From the NCBI GenBank assembly GCA_902826485.1, contig CADEEZ010000002.1:18077-82076 (forward strand): a stretch of DNA of 64,000 nucleotides. Direction: 5' to 3'. Of the stretch, positions 25,199 to 34,600 are shown one piece after another. The stretch comes from an uncultured Gammaproteobacteria bacterium. GTDB lineage: Bacteria > Pseudomonadota > Gammaproteobacteria > Berkiellales > Berkiellaceae. The notes beneath the pieces were generated by a model that had not been told where the DNA came from, did no database searches, and worked only from the letters and a program-made list of their open reading frames with translations. Position 1 is the first letter of the stretch; each line of letters opens with the position of its first letter. Position numbers and translations under genes: made by a program.

Positions 25199-26091
25199 CC
25201 GTGCAGCAAAATATTCCCCTTAAACAACTGAATACCTGGCGCGTGGGCGGGATGGCTGAATATTTTATAGAGCCAGAAACCCCCGAGCAATTGGTTGAAT
25301 TTTTGCTAAAAAATTCAGATCGTTTTGCTCAAATCACTTGGTTAGGCTTGGGCAGTAATGTGTTAATACCTGATGCAGGGTTAACGGGATTGGTTATTAG
25401 TACATCTAAGTTAAATAAATTATATTTACATGAGCCCAATTTAGTTTATGCGCAAGCGGGTGTGCCTTGCGCGAAGCTGGCTAAGTTTTGTGCCAAAAAT
25501 AATTTGGTTGGGGGCGCATTTTTTGCGGGCATTCCTGGCACGGTAGGCGGGGCATTGGCCATGAATGCCGGCGCATTTGGGGCAGAAACTTGGCCCTTAG
25601 TGAATGAGGTAGATGTTTTAAGCCTTGATGCTAAAGTGATGCGCAAGCCAGCAAATGATTTTGCTTATGCCTATCGTCACATTACTCATTTAAGCAATTT
25701 AAGCGAAGAATCTTATGGATTTTTGGCAGGGATATTTAAGTTTGAGCTAGCTGCACAGACAGAAGATATGCAAGCAAGTGTGCGTGCCTTATTAAAAAAA
25801 CGGAATGAAACTCAGCCCATTGGCACATTTAATTGTGGCTCGGTTTTTAGAAATCCCCCGGGTGATCACGCAGCTCGGTTAATTGAGTTTTGCGGCTTAA
25901 AAGGAAAGAAAATCGGGGGCGCAGCGGTTTCGATTAAGCATGCAAATTTTATTATTAATGAAAATAATGCGACAGCAGAAGAAATTTTTAGATTGATAAC
26001 CGAAGTGAAAAATACAGTATTTCAAGAAACTGGTGTTACACTTGTACCAGAGGTTAAATTTTTAGGTTGGCAAGAGAGTCAGAACCCATGA
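25195..26091 (+). CDS. murB: UDP-N-acetylenolpyruvoylglucosamine reductase
   Basis: FAD-binding GLGSNVL and GIPGTVGGA motifs, plus C-terminal GSVFRNP. There is a 4-bp ATGA overlap with murC upstream and with ddl downstream. Confidence 0.95.
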
Positions 26092-27146
26092 GAGATAGAA
26101 AGTCTTATAGTACACCGGTGTTGATTAAAAATTTAAGCGCAATTTTGCCAACACAACAGCCTGGGCAATATGATCCGGCTAAGTACTTACCAACTGACTT
26201 TGGTAAAGTGGCGGTGGTCTATGGTGGGACTTCTTCTGAGCGAGCGATTTCACTTGAGAGTGGGCAAGGCGTATTAAATGCGCTTCGTGCCCGTGGTGTG
26301 GATGCGCATCCTGTCGATCCTAAAGAAGGATTGATGCCTTTAATGCAAGGTACGTTTGATTCTGCTTTTGTCATATTGCATGGTAAACCCGGTGAAGATG
26401 GCAGTATGCAAGGATTTTTAGATACCCTAGGTATACCGTATACAGGCAGTGGCGTGATGGCTTCTGGTTTGGCCATGGACAAGCCGCGATCTAAATTAAT
26501 TTTTAGAGAGTTTGGTTTGCCTACGCCTGAATTTGGCGTTGCGTTTACTTATCAAGAAGCGCAAGAAGTGGCCAAAACATTGGCTTATCCTTTGGCAGTG
26601 AAACCTGCCTCTGAAGGCTCGAGCGTGGGGGTGACCAGGGTCGCGTCGCCCACTGAATTATTGGTGGCTTTTGATAAAGCAGTGATTTATGGCCCGGTTA
26701 TTATTGAAGAATGGCTAGATGGTAAGGATTTCTTTGTGACAATATTAGGTGAACAAGCTTTGCCTTCTGTTCAAGTGCAAATCACCAAAGGTTTTTATGA
26801 TTATCAGGCAAAATATCTTTCGGATGAAACCCAGTATTTTTGTCCTGCGCCGATTAGCCCTGAAGATGAAAAAATCATCAGAGATATTTCTTATGGGGCC
26901 TTTAAAGCCTTAGGCGCTGAGTCTTGGGGACGAGTGGATTTGGTGCAAGATAAACAGGGTAAGTTTTGGCTTTTAGAAGTGAATACTCAGCCGGGTATGA
27001 CGTCGCACAGCTTGGTACCTATGTCAGCAAAAGCCGTGGGCTTGTCTTACGAAGACACTGTTATGGTTGTGATGGGACATATGCGTGATAAGCAATTAGC
27101 CAGCAAGCTTGGGGATTATGTTGAAAGAGCAAGAAAGCCAGCTTAA
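26088..27146 (+). CDS. ddl: D-alanine--D-alanine ligase
   Basis: KVAVVYGGTSSERAISLESG, an ATP-grasp core and C-terminal LEVNTQPGMT. The ATG at 26088 overlaps the murB stop (ATGA). The track ORF begins at an upstream TTG (26067). Confidence 0.93.
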   Translation: MRDRKSYSTPVLIKNLSAILPTQQPGQYDPAKYLPTDFGKVAVVYGGTSSERAISLESGQGVLNALRARGVDAHPVDPKEGLMPLMQGTFDSAFVILHGKPGEDGSMQGFLDTLGIPYTGSGVMASGLAMDKPRSKLIFREFGLPTPEFGVAFTYQEAQEVAKTLAYPLAVKPASEGSSVGVTRVASPTELLVAFDKAVIYGPVIIEEWLDGKDFFVTILGEQALPSVQVQITKGFYDYQAKYLSDETQYFCPAPISPEDEKIIRDISYGAFKALGAESWGRVDLVQDKQGKFWLLEVNTQPGMTSHSLVPMSAKAVGLSYEDTVMVVMGHMRDKQLASKLGDYVERARKPA

Positions 27147-27891
27147 AAAACTAAAAGTGACTCTGCCGAAATTTATGTTACAAATGTTGCAGGGGTGTTT
27201 GGTTGGGTTGTTGTTGGTATTGACTTTAATCGGATCAAAAACGTTATTTGATCCTAACCGTTTTCCTGTTTTAGAAGTGAAAATCATTGGAGATTTGCGT
27301 TTTCAAGATAAAGATCAAATTCAGACTGTCTTACTAACTGAATTATCTAAAGGTTTTTATGGCTTAAGCGTTAACCGTTTAAAGAAAAATTTACTAAGCT
27401 TATCTTGGATACAAGCATCGGAGGTCAAGCGAGTTTGGCCCGATGCTGTCCAAGTGGAACTGATAGAACGGAAACCACTCGTTATCTGGAATCAAACTGG
27501 CTTGATTTCAAGCGAAGGGGATTTATTTGTTGCTAAACACAACAAAGAAATGGCAAGCTTAGAAAGCTTGCCAAAATTAGATGGACCAGAGGGTAGACAT
27601 AGTTTAGTTTGGCAAAATTATTTAGTGATGGAAAAAGTGTTGGAACCAATGGGTCTAAAAATTAGTAAATTAACTTTATCTCCAAGAGGTTCTTGGGAGA
27701 TAAATTTAGAAAATAATCTCAAGATTATTCTAGGGACGAGAGAAGTCTTACCAAGATTGCGGCGTTTTGTTCGCTCTTATGATAAATTAACTAGTCAACG
27801 GCCAAATCAAATAGCCTATGTTGATTTAAGATATACCAGCGGCATGGCGGTTGGTTGGGGAAATAACGTATCCTGGTTAGGAAGAGGCTAA
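27109..27891 (+). CDS. ftsQ: Cell division protein FtsQ
   Basis: Single N-terminal TM helix followed by POTRA-like (VKIIGDLRFQDKDQI) and FtsQ-type domains. It lies between ddl and ftsA. The start is uncertain, with in-frame ATGs at 27109, 27118 and 27175. Confidence 0.85.
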   Translation: MGIMLKEQESQLKKLKVTLPKFMLQMLQGCLVGLLLVLTLIGSKTLFDPNRFPVLEVKIIGDLRFQDKDQIQTVLLTELSKGFYGLSVNRLKKNLLSLSWIQASEVKRVWPDAVQVELIERKPLVIWNQTGLISSEGDLFVAKHNKEMASLESLPKLDGPEGRHSLVWQNYLVMEKVLEPMGLKISKLTLSPRGSWEINLENNLKIILGTREVLPRLRRFVRSYDKLTSQRPNQIAYVDLRYTSGMAVGWGNNVSWLGRG

Positions 27892-27894
27892 CCC

Positions 27895-29133
27895 ATGTCA
27901 AAAAAACCAGATAGAAATTTAATTGTTGGACTCGATATTGGTACGTCTAAAGTTGTAGCGATTGTTGGAGAGCTAACAACAGAAGGTGGTATTGATATTA
28001 TCGGCATTGGCGCGCATCCCTCGAATGGCCTAAAAAAAGGCGTCGTGGTGAATATTGAAGCGACCGTTCAGTCTATACAACGTGCGATTGAAGAAGCTGA
28101 GCTGATGGCCGGTTGTCAAATTCATTCGGTTTATACTGGCATCGCCGGTAGCCATATTCGAAGTTTAAATTCCCACGGTATTGTGGCGATTCGCGAACAC
28201 GAAGTGACACAAGCAGATGTCGACAGAGTGATTGATGCGGCAAAAGCAGTGCCCATCTCAGCGGATCAAAAAATTCTGCATATTTTACCGCAGCAATTTA
28301 TTATTGATACCCAAGACAGCATTCGTGAGCCCATAGGCATGTCTGGCGTACGCTTAGAGGCCAAAGTGCATATTGTGACGGGCTCGGTGAGTGCGGCACA
28401 AAATATTATTAAGTGTATTCGTCGTTGTGGTCTAGAAGTGGACGATATTATTTTACAACAATTGGCCTCTAGTTATTCGGTGTTAACCGAAGATGAAAAA
28501 GAACTGGGCGTTTGTATTGTCGATATTGGCGGTGGCACCACAGATATTGGGGTGTTTACCAATGGGTCTATTCGCCATACGGCGGTGATTCCCATCGCAG
28601 GGGATCAGGTCACGAATGATATTGCGGTGGCTTTAAGAACTTCTTCACAAATTGCTGAAGATATTAAGCTAAAATATGCTTGTGCGGTATCGTCTATTGT
28701 CGATCCACAAGAAGTATTTGAAGTGCCAGGTAGTGCGGGAGAACGCACTGCGCGTAAATTATCTCGCGCCGCTTTAGCTGAAGTTGTTGAGCCGAGATAC
28801 GAAGAATTGCTCATGCTGGTTCAAGCCGAGTTACGAAGACAAGGGTTAGAAGAAGCATTGGGTTCAGGGATTGTGGTCACAGGTGGAAGCTCAAAAGTTG
28901 AAGGCATGATTGAATTAGCTGAAGAAGTATTCAGAATGCCGGTTAGATTGGGATACCCCAGATATGTGACAGGATTAACGGATGTAACGAAAAACCCAAT
29001 TTACGCAACGGGCGTGGGGTTATTGCTTTATGGTCGGGAACAACAAACTGTTCGGCACTCTGGTGACTTCCCGGTTAATCCGGTGCAAGGCATGTGGGGT
29101 AAAGTAAAGCGTTGGTTCCAAGGTAATTTGTAG
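27895..29133 (+). CDS. ftsA: Cell division protein FtsA
   Basis: Actin-fold motifs [10 protein letters not shown] and [10 protein letters not shown]. It lies immediately upstream of ftsZ. Confidence 0.95.
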   Translation: MSKKPDRNLIVGLDIGTSKVVAIVGELTTEGGIDIIGIGAHPSNGLKKGVVVNIEATVQSIQRAIEEAELMAGCQIHSVYTGIAGSHIRSLNSHGIVAIREHEVTQADVDRVIDAAKAVPISADQKILHILPQQFIIDTQDSIREPIGMSGVRLEAKVHIVTGSVSAAQNIIKCIRRCGLEVDDIILQQLASSYSVLTEDEKELGVCIVDIGGGTTDIGVFTNGSIRHTAVIPIAGDQVTNDIAVALRTSSQIAEDIKLKYACAVSSIVDPQEVFEVPGSAGERTARKLSRAALAEVVEPRYEELLMLVQAELRRQGLEEALGSGIVVTGGSSKVEGMIELAEEVFRMPVRLGYPRYVTGLTDVTKNPIYATGVGLLLYGREQQTVRHSGDFPVNPVQGMWGKVKRWFQGNL

Positions 29134-29146
29134 CGGAGAAGAGACA

Positions 29147-30361
29147 ATGACTGCAATGACTGATATGTTTGAACTAGTGGACAGTTTTCCGCAGACCGCG
29201 GTAATTAAAGTAATTGGTGTCGGCGGTGGTGGCGGTAATGCCATTGAGCACATGGTGGCGGCGGGGATTGAAGGCGTCGAGTTTATTTGTGCAAATACCG
29301 ATGCACAAGCACTCAAGAATAGCTCTGCACGCACGGTGTTACAATTAGGCACGAGTGTAACCAAAGGCTTAGGCGCAGGCGCAAACCCAGATGTGGGTCG
29401 TCAAGCAGCGCTTGAAGATATCGATCGTATTCGTGAAGTGCTTCAAGGCGCAGACATGGTCTTTATCACGGCCGGTATGGGCGGTGGTACGGGTACCGGT
29501 GGCGTACCGGTTGTGGCTGAAGTGGCCAAAGAATTAGGTGCATTGACCGTTGCTGTGGTCACCAGACCCTTTCCGTTTGAAGGACGTAAGCGCATGTTAT
29601 TGGCTGAGCAAGGTATTGCTGCGCTCAGACAACATGTCGATTCTCTGATTACGATTCCTAACGAGAAATTGTTGACTGTGCTGGGCAAGGGTGTGACCCT
29701 ACTTGAGGCATTTAAAGCGGCTAATAATGTTTTATTAGGCGCAGTAGAGGGTATTGCCAGATTAATTACTTGCCCAGGCTTAATTAACGTCGACTTTGCA
29801 GACGTTCGAACAGTGATGGCTGAGATGGGTGTGGCCATGATGGGAACGGGCGTAGGCCGAGGTGAAAATCGTGCACGTGAAGCTGCGAATGCCGCTATTT
29901 CCAGCCCGTTGTTAGATGATATTGATTTATCTGGTGCTAAAGGTGTGCTGGTTAATGTGACTGCTGGCATGGATTTATCTATTTCTGAATTCGAAGAAGT
30001 GGGTGATGCGATTAAAAACTTCACTTCTGATGATGCTACAGTAATTGTCGGTACCGTTATTGATCCAACCATGACAGATGAATTGCGTGTGACCTTAGTC
30101 GCAACCGGTTTATCTTCCACTAACTTTGGTTCGAGCAGTGGTTCTCAGACCGAAAGCATGGGCGGACGTGCCGGATTAAACAGTAATAACCAACAACGTG
30201 CAGGCTTGTATAAACGTACGCCAGCAGGTTCAGGTTTGGGAACCGGGAATCCTAATGCAAGCAGCATGGGTGGTAATCTGGGTAATAAACGCAACGATCC
30301 TAAACAAGATGAGTTGGATTACTTAGATATTCCTGCTTTTTTGCGTCGGCAAGCTGATTAA
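29147..30361 (+). CDS. ftsZ: Cell division GTPase FtsZ
   Basis: Tubulin signature GGGTGTG, the NTDAQAL motif, and the conserved C-terminal peptide [14 protein letters not shown]. Confidence 0.97.
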   Translation: MTAMTDMFELVDSFPQTAVIKVIGVGGGGGNAIEHMVAAGIEGVEFICANTDAQALKNSSARTVLQLGTSVTKGLGAGANPDVGRQAALEDIDRIREVLQGADMVFITAGMGGGTGTGGVPVVAEVAKELGALTVAVVTRPFPFEGRKRMLLAEQGIAALRQHVDSLITIPNEKLLTVLGKGVTLLEAFKAANNVLLGAVEGIARLITCPGLINVDFADVRTVMAEMGVAMMGTGVGRGENRAREAANAAISSPLLDDIDLSGAKGVLVNVTAGMDLSISEFEEVGDAIKNFTSDDATVIVGTVIDPTMTDELRVTLVATGLSSTNFGSSSGSQTESMGGRAGLNSNNQQRAGLYKRTPAGSGLGTGNPNASSMGGNLGNKRNDPKQDELDYLDIPAFLRRQAD

Positions 30362-30443
30362 AAATCTTTAAATTTGTGATAGTATGGCCGCTTTATTACA
30401 CTTGTTATATTAAGTTATAAAAGCGGCTAGGACTATTTGCTAT

Positions 30444-31361
30444 ATGTTAAGACAAAAAACACTCAAAAACGTTATTCGTGCTACTGGAGTCGGGGTTCAT
30501 ACCGGCGAGAAAGTCTTGTTGACTTTAAGGCCTGCGCCTATTGATACTGGAGTCGTCTTTAGACGCGTTTTTGACGATAAATATGTTGATATTCCTGCTC
30601 TCGCTGAACACGTTGGCGATACGTCTTTTTGCACCACTTTGCTCAAAGATGGCGTGAGAATTGGTACCGTGGAGCACTTGCTTTCGGCCATTGCTGGCTT
30701 AGGCATCGATAATCTTATTGTTGAAGTGAATGCCAATGAAGTGCCTATCATGGATGGCAGTGCTGGACCGTTCGTCTTTTTGATTCAGTCAGCAGGCATA
30801 GAAGAGCAGTCTGCGCCTAAAAAATTCATTAAAATTAAAAAGACCATTGAAGTGTCTGACGGCGATAAAATCGCTCGTTTGGAACCACATGATGGCTTTA
30901 GCATCCGCTTCGGTATTGATTTTGATCACCCTGTTATCAGAAGAGCAAATCAAGAAAGCGAATTGGCTTTTTCTATGATGTCTTATGTGAAAGAAGTTTC
31001 TCGTGCCAGAACCTTTGGTTTCTTGGCAGATTTCGAATGGCTGAGAGCCAATAATTTAGCCTTAGGCGCTAATTTAGATAATGCGATTGCCTTAGATGAA
31101 TTTAAAGTCGTCAATGAAGATGGTCTGCGTTATGACAACGAATTTGTTCGTCATAAAATTTTGGATGCCATTGGGGATTTATATTTATTTGGTTCAGCTG
31201 TGATTGGGTCGTTCTATGGTTATAAATCTGGTCATACTTTAAATAATAAATTAATCAGACAGGTTATGTCTGATGCTTCTGCTTGGGAAGTGGTGACGTT
31301 TGAAGAAGAGCAGGCTGCGCCTGATTGCTTTTTGACACATGCTGAAGAGCGGTTTGCATAA
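30444..31361 (+). CDS. lpxC: UDP-3-O-acyl-N-acetylglucosamine deacetylase
   Basis: N-terminus [17 protein letters not shown], the TVEHLLSA motif and the [10 protein letters not shown] motif. It holds the canonical position after ftsZ. Confidence 0.95.
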   Translation: MLRQKTLKNVIRATGVGVHTGEKVLLTLRPAPIDTGVVFRRVFDDKYVDIPALAEHVGDTSFCTTLLKDGVRIGTVEHLLSAIAGLGIDNLIVEVNANEVPIMDGSAGPFVFLIQSAGIEEQSAPKKFIKIKKTIEVSDGDKIARLEPHDGFSIRFGIDFDHPVIRRANQESELAFSMMSYVKEVSRARTFGFLADFEWLRANNLALGANLDNAIALDEFKVVNEDGLRYDNEFVRHKILDAIGDLYLFGSAVIGSFYGYKSGHTLNNKLIRQVMSDASAWEVVTFEEEQAAPDCFLTHAEERFA

Positions 31362-31419
31362 CCAATTCTCAGCAGTCTATACCTTTAGGCCGTCAAGCTA
31401 AAATATATCATTCCCTACG

Positions 31420-31446
31420 TGCCGCGGCTTGTCCGCGGCATCCAGG
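31420..31446. repeat. REP-like GC hairpin (TGCCGCGG-CTTGT-CCGCGGCA followed by TCCAGG)
   Basis: Perfect 8-bp stem. The ..GGCATCCAGG 3' flank is shared with the hairpin at 9489-9513. It lies between the convergent lpxC and ankyrin genes. Confidence 0.5.
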
Positions 31447-31460
31447 TTCGCAAACTGCTC

Positions 31461-32564
31461 TTATGCCGCCCGCTTAGCCCTCATCATTTCAGCAATTTTA
31501 TCAGTATTAATATATAGCTCATCGTTTTTACGAGGATACGGTTTTAGATTATTTTTCTGAGATAATATAAGCGTTTTCGCTGTAGGATTTAAATCAGCTA
31601 AATTGGCGGAGGTTTCTGCACTTTCTAGTGATTTATTTTGAACTAAATCATTTAATTTATTAATTTGTTTAAATTGATTCACTATATCGTTAAGGTTTGG
31701 GTTATTTTGTAAAGCAGTGGCGATTTGTTCTAATGACATGGCCCTTAAAATGCTGAAGGCAATTTCAGTATGACCTTTTTTATTTGCTAAAGTCAGCGCA
31801 GTTTGGCCAAATTTAGGTGAGGTAACATTAGCCCCTCCCTGAATCAAAGCATTGGCTATGTCGATGTGACCATTTTCAGCAGCCCACATGAGCGCGGTTC
31901 TCCCATACTGGTCTACTATCTCGAGGTTAGCGCCAGCTTGAATTAAAGCCTTTGCTAGGTTAGTGTCGCCATGAAGAACAGCACAAATGAGAGCAGTGAA
32001 TCCGCGGCTATTTTGGGGATCAAGCTTTGCTCCTGCCCGAATTAAAATGTTGAATACTTCGGCATCGCCATCTGAAGCTGCAATGATTAGTGGGGTATTT
32101 CTGCCAGGATCAGATTGCGTATCAAAGTTAGCCCCGGCCTGAATTAAGGTATTGATTATAATTATGTGTTCGATTTGTGGTTGGCGCTTAAAAAAACAAT
32201 CAGAGCTGTGTTCATAAATAGCCAAGTATAACGGGGTTTCACCACGCCTGTTTACTGCATCGACATTTGCGCCAGCATAAAGTAGGGCGTTGAAGATGGG
32301 CATGTGGCTATGCATGACCGCCAAGGTTAAAAAGGTCTCACCATTAGTATCAAAGAATAATCTTTTGTCAAGCAGTGTAGTTTTTATTTTGAAAAAAGAC
32401 AGTAGTTTTAAAAACTTTTCAAAGGTAGATAATAACGGCGGTGTTATTATTGGGATTAAAAACCTCGCCGCTCTTGTAACTTTGTCTGCGATAGAAATGA
32501 TTAGTGGGTTTATAAATTTGTCAAAGCTAGAAAATAGTGAATTAGCCATAATAAAGTCCTGCAT
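31461..32564 (-). CDS. Ankyrin-repeat protein (367 aa) with a conserved C-terminal tail shared with its neighbour
   Basis: At least five canonical ANK repeats (GETPLYLAIYE.., NTPLIIAASDGDAEVFNILIRAGAKLD, GFTALICAVLHGDTNLAKALIQAGANLE, GRTALMWAAENGHIDIANALIQGGANV, QTALTLANKKGHTEIAF). The tail reads KTLILSQKNNLKPYPRKNDELYINTDKIAEMMRAKRAA. Confidence 0.85.
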   Translation of the reverse strand: MQDFIMANSLFSSFDKFINPLIISIADKVTRAARFLIPIITPPLLSTFEKFLKLLSFFKIKTTLLDKRLFFDTNGETFLTLAVMHSHMPIFNALLYAGANVDAVNRRGETPLYLAIYEHSSDCFFKRQPQIEHIIIINTLIQAGANFDTQSDPGRNTPLIIAASDGDAEVFNILIRAGAKLDPQNSRGFTALICAVLHGDTNLAKALIQAGANLEIVDQYGRTALMWAAENGHIDIANALIQGGANVTSPKFGQTALTLANKKGHTEIAFSILRAMSLEQIATALQNNPNLNDIVNQFKQINKLNDLVQNKSLESAETSANLADLNPTAKTLILSQKNNLKPYPRKNDELYINTDKIAEMMRAKRAA

Positions 32565-32602
32565 TTCAAAAAAGTCATTATTAAAAGTAAGTTTGAGGAC
32601 TG

Positions 32603-33355
32603 TTATGCCGCCCGCTTAGCCTTAATCATTTGAGCAATCTTATCCGTATTAATATCTAGTTCGTCGTTTTTACGCGGGAACGGTTTTAGATTATTTTGTT
32701 GAGATAAAATAAGCGTTTTTGGTTTAAGTTTTAAATCCGTTAAATTATCCGGTGTGCTTGTGATTTTTTCTGAGTGATTTTGCACTAAATTGCTTAATTT
32801 ATTGAACAGATTGTTTTCAGTATTTAATTTTTCTTGTTTAAATTTATTCACCACATCATTGAGTATAGGATGCCTTTTTACAGCAGCATTGATGTTTTCC
32901 AAAGACATGACTCTTAAGAATGGGTATATGTTTTTTTCATCACAATCATTATAGGTCATGTAATCGACCATGTATGATAGAGGAATATTACCATATATGT
33001 CTTTTTCGTTAATATTAGCGCCGGCCTGAATTAAGGCATCAACTTTAGCTCCATCACCAGCTTTAGCAGCGAAAAACAATGCTGTTTGGTCAAGGTTATT
33101 TTTTATCTCTAAATTAGCGCCGAACCGAATAAAAGTATTGATTATATCAATGGTAGCGTGAGGCGAAAATGCAGCAAAATTTAAAGCCGTATTTCCCCCT
33201 GGCTCTTGTGCATTGAGGTTAGCGCCTGCTTGAATTAAGGCATCAACTTCAATCGCCTGACCATAATGAGCGCATATCATCAACGCAGTTCTGCCGTAGA
33301 TATCTGTTTTCTCTAAATTAGCGCCTGCCGGAATCAATGAATTTGAATTAGTCAT
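32603..33355 (-). CDS. Ankyrin-repeat protein (250 aa), tandem paralogue of 31461-32564
   Basis: ANK repeats (GRTALMICAHYGQAIEVDALIQAGANLNAQEPGGNTALNFAA.., QTALFFAAKAGDGAKVDALIQAGANIN). The tail reads KTLILSQQNNLKPFPRKNDELDINTDKIAQMIKAKRAA. Confidence 0.85.
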   Translation of the reverse strand: MTNSNSLIPAGANLEKTDIYGRTALMICAHYGQAIEVDALIQAGANLNAQEPGGNTALNFAAFSPHATIDIINTFIRFGANLEIKNNLDQTALFFAAKAGDGAKVDALIQAGANINEKDIYGNIPLSYMVDYMTYNDCDEKNIYPFLRVMSLENINAAVKRHPILNDVVNKFKQEKLNTENNLFNKLSNLVQNHSEKITSTPDNLTDLKLKPKTLILSQQNNLKPFPRKNDELDINTDKIAQMIKAKRAA

Positions 33356-33526
33356 AATAAATCCTATATATCAAAAAAGTTATTAAAAGTTAGTTTGTGG
33401 ACTTTATTACATTGAGTTGGCTTTGTAAATAATTTAGACGAACGGTTAGATGAACGGTAGTGATAGGCCGATGAACGGTTATTTTTGGTGGATGAGGTGG
33501 TTTTAAGGGGGCAGGTGAAGGAAATC

Positions 33527-34033
33527 TTAGCCCCGCTTCGCCAACTTTTCTAAACTAGCTTTTAATTCTTCACTACCAGGCTGAGATCCTAAGTTTTGGG
33601 CTAACATTTCTAGCTGCTCGGCAGTTAATCTACTAATCTTATTTATTTGATTGTTATTTTCAGTTGCGCTTTCTAGAGCCTTAGGCTTGTTTCCTGTGGT
33701 AAAATGATTGCTTTGATTTGGGGTTTGCAGAAAAGTAGGCACAACCCGTACTTGAATTTTTTTAATGTGCCCCAATTTAGGATGTTGGCGCAGTGCAGAT
33801 AGCAAATCGATGCTATCAAAGCGAACAAGCGTGGCTTTTTCAGCTGAGCTACAGAGAAAGGTAACAATTCCGTCCTCTACGTGGGTATCGGCTATCAAAG
33901 CTTGCAATTTAGGCGAAAGTGCCGCAATGACCAGATTTTTAGTTTGGTCACTTTGTAAAGCTTTTGCTATCAACGAACCAAGGTTGGTGTGTTGAGTAAT
34001 TAGGTGTTGAATACAATGATTAAACGTTTTCAT
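33527..34033 (-). CDS. DUF721-family protein (DciA-like), tentative
   Basis: The pattern is hydrophobic block L..AL.P.L, then a segment H..DG.V.F...SA.KATL.RF, then LL..LR and I..I.V.V.P, followed by a disordered tail. This resembles DUF721. Its position, divergent from the M23 peptidase and secA and downstream of lpxC, matches the arrangement I recall in Pseudomonas. Confidence 0.55.
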   Translation of the reverse strand: MKTFNHCIQHLITQHTNLGSLIAKALQSDQTKNLVIAALSPKLQALIADTHVEDGIVTFLCSSAEKATLVRFDSIDLLSALRQHPKLGHIKKIQVRVVPTFLQTPNQSNHFTTGNKPKALESATENNNQINKISRLTAEQLEMLAQNLGSQPGSEELKASLEKLAKRG

Positions 34034-34600
34034 ATATATATTTTACTGGGCTTATTGGTTGTCAGCCAGTCTGCGCAAGGTGCGTGGACCAAATGGTCAT
34101 CTGACAAGGATACTGACAGGGATTCAGAAGAAAAGCTAGAAGATCTGCATTTTAATCATCATCATTCAAGTTTAACAGAAGAAATTTTTTGTCTGGTAGA
34201 AGGCGGTTTGATTTCTTCTTTGTTTGGTTTTAGGGTGGATCCGCTTTCGGGTAAAAAACGAATGCATTCAGGCATAGATGTGAGTGCCAAAGAGGGCACA
34301 GATATTAAAGCAATAGACGGCGGAGAAGTGGTTTTTGCGGGCCCTAAGGGGTTATATGGCAAACTACTTGAAATTAGACACGCCAATGGGTTAGTCACCC
34401 GTTATGGCCATACTAAAGAATTATTAGTACACGTAGGTGAATGGGTCCGAAAAGGTCAAACAGTTGCTCTATTGGGTAAAACGGGCAAAGCAACTGGTCC
34501 TCATGTTCATTTTGAAGTCAGACAGGACGGTTTGCCTGTTGATCCATTTTTGATTTTTCCCGAATTAAAGAAAAGGTTATTAAGCAAATATGATCAATAA
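34004..34600 (+). CDS. M23-family metallopeptidase (LytM-type)
   Basis: Signal peptide. HSGIDV, the RYGH block and GPHVHFEV give the HxxxD ... HxH zinc-ligand pattern of M23 peptidases. Confidence 0.85.
   Translation: MLNTMIKRFHIYILLGLLVVSQSAQGAWTKWSSDKDTDRDSEEKLEDLHFNHHHSSLTEEIFCLVEGGLISSLFGFRVDPLSGKKRMHSGIDVSAKEGTDIKAIDGGEVVFAGPKGLYGKLLEIRHANGLVTRYGHTKELLVHVGEWVRKGQTVALLGKTGKATGPHVHFEVRQDGLPVDPFLIFPELKKRLLSKYDQ

Noticed and set aside
29443-30120. 225-aa minus-strand ORF entirely inside ftsZ, plus the 114-aa ORF at 29020-29364
   Set aside because: It is antisense to a strongly supported, highly conserved gene. Its translation is low-complexity (Ala/Thr/Ser/Pro-rich), as expected from the reverse complement of Gly/Ala/Val-rich ftsZ codons. 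There is no independent start context.
30386-30430. GCCGCTTTAT ... ATAAAAGCGGC inverted repeat between ftsZ and lpxC
   Set aside because: The loop is about 20 nt, the stem is AT-rich outside the GCCGC core, and no U-tract follows. It is too weak to call a terminator or attenuator.
32290-32619. 109-aa plus-strand ORF spanning the junction of the two ankyrin genes
   Set aside because: It is antisense to the N-terminus of the 367-aa ANK gene and to the conserved tail of its paralogue. It has low-complexity Ser/Leu/Lys composition.
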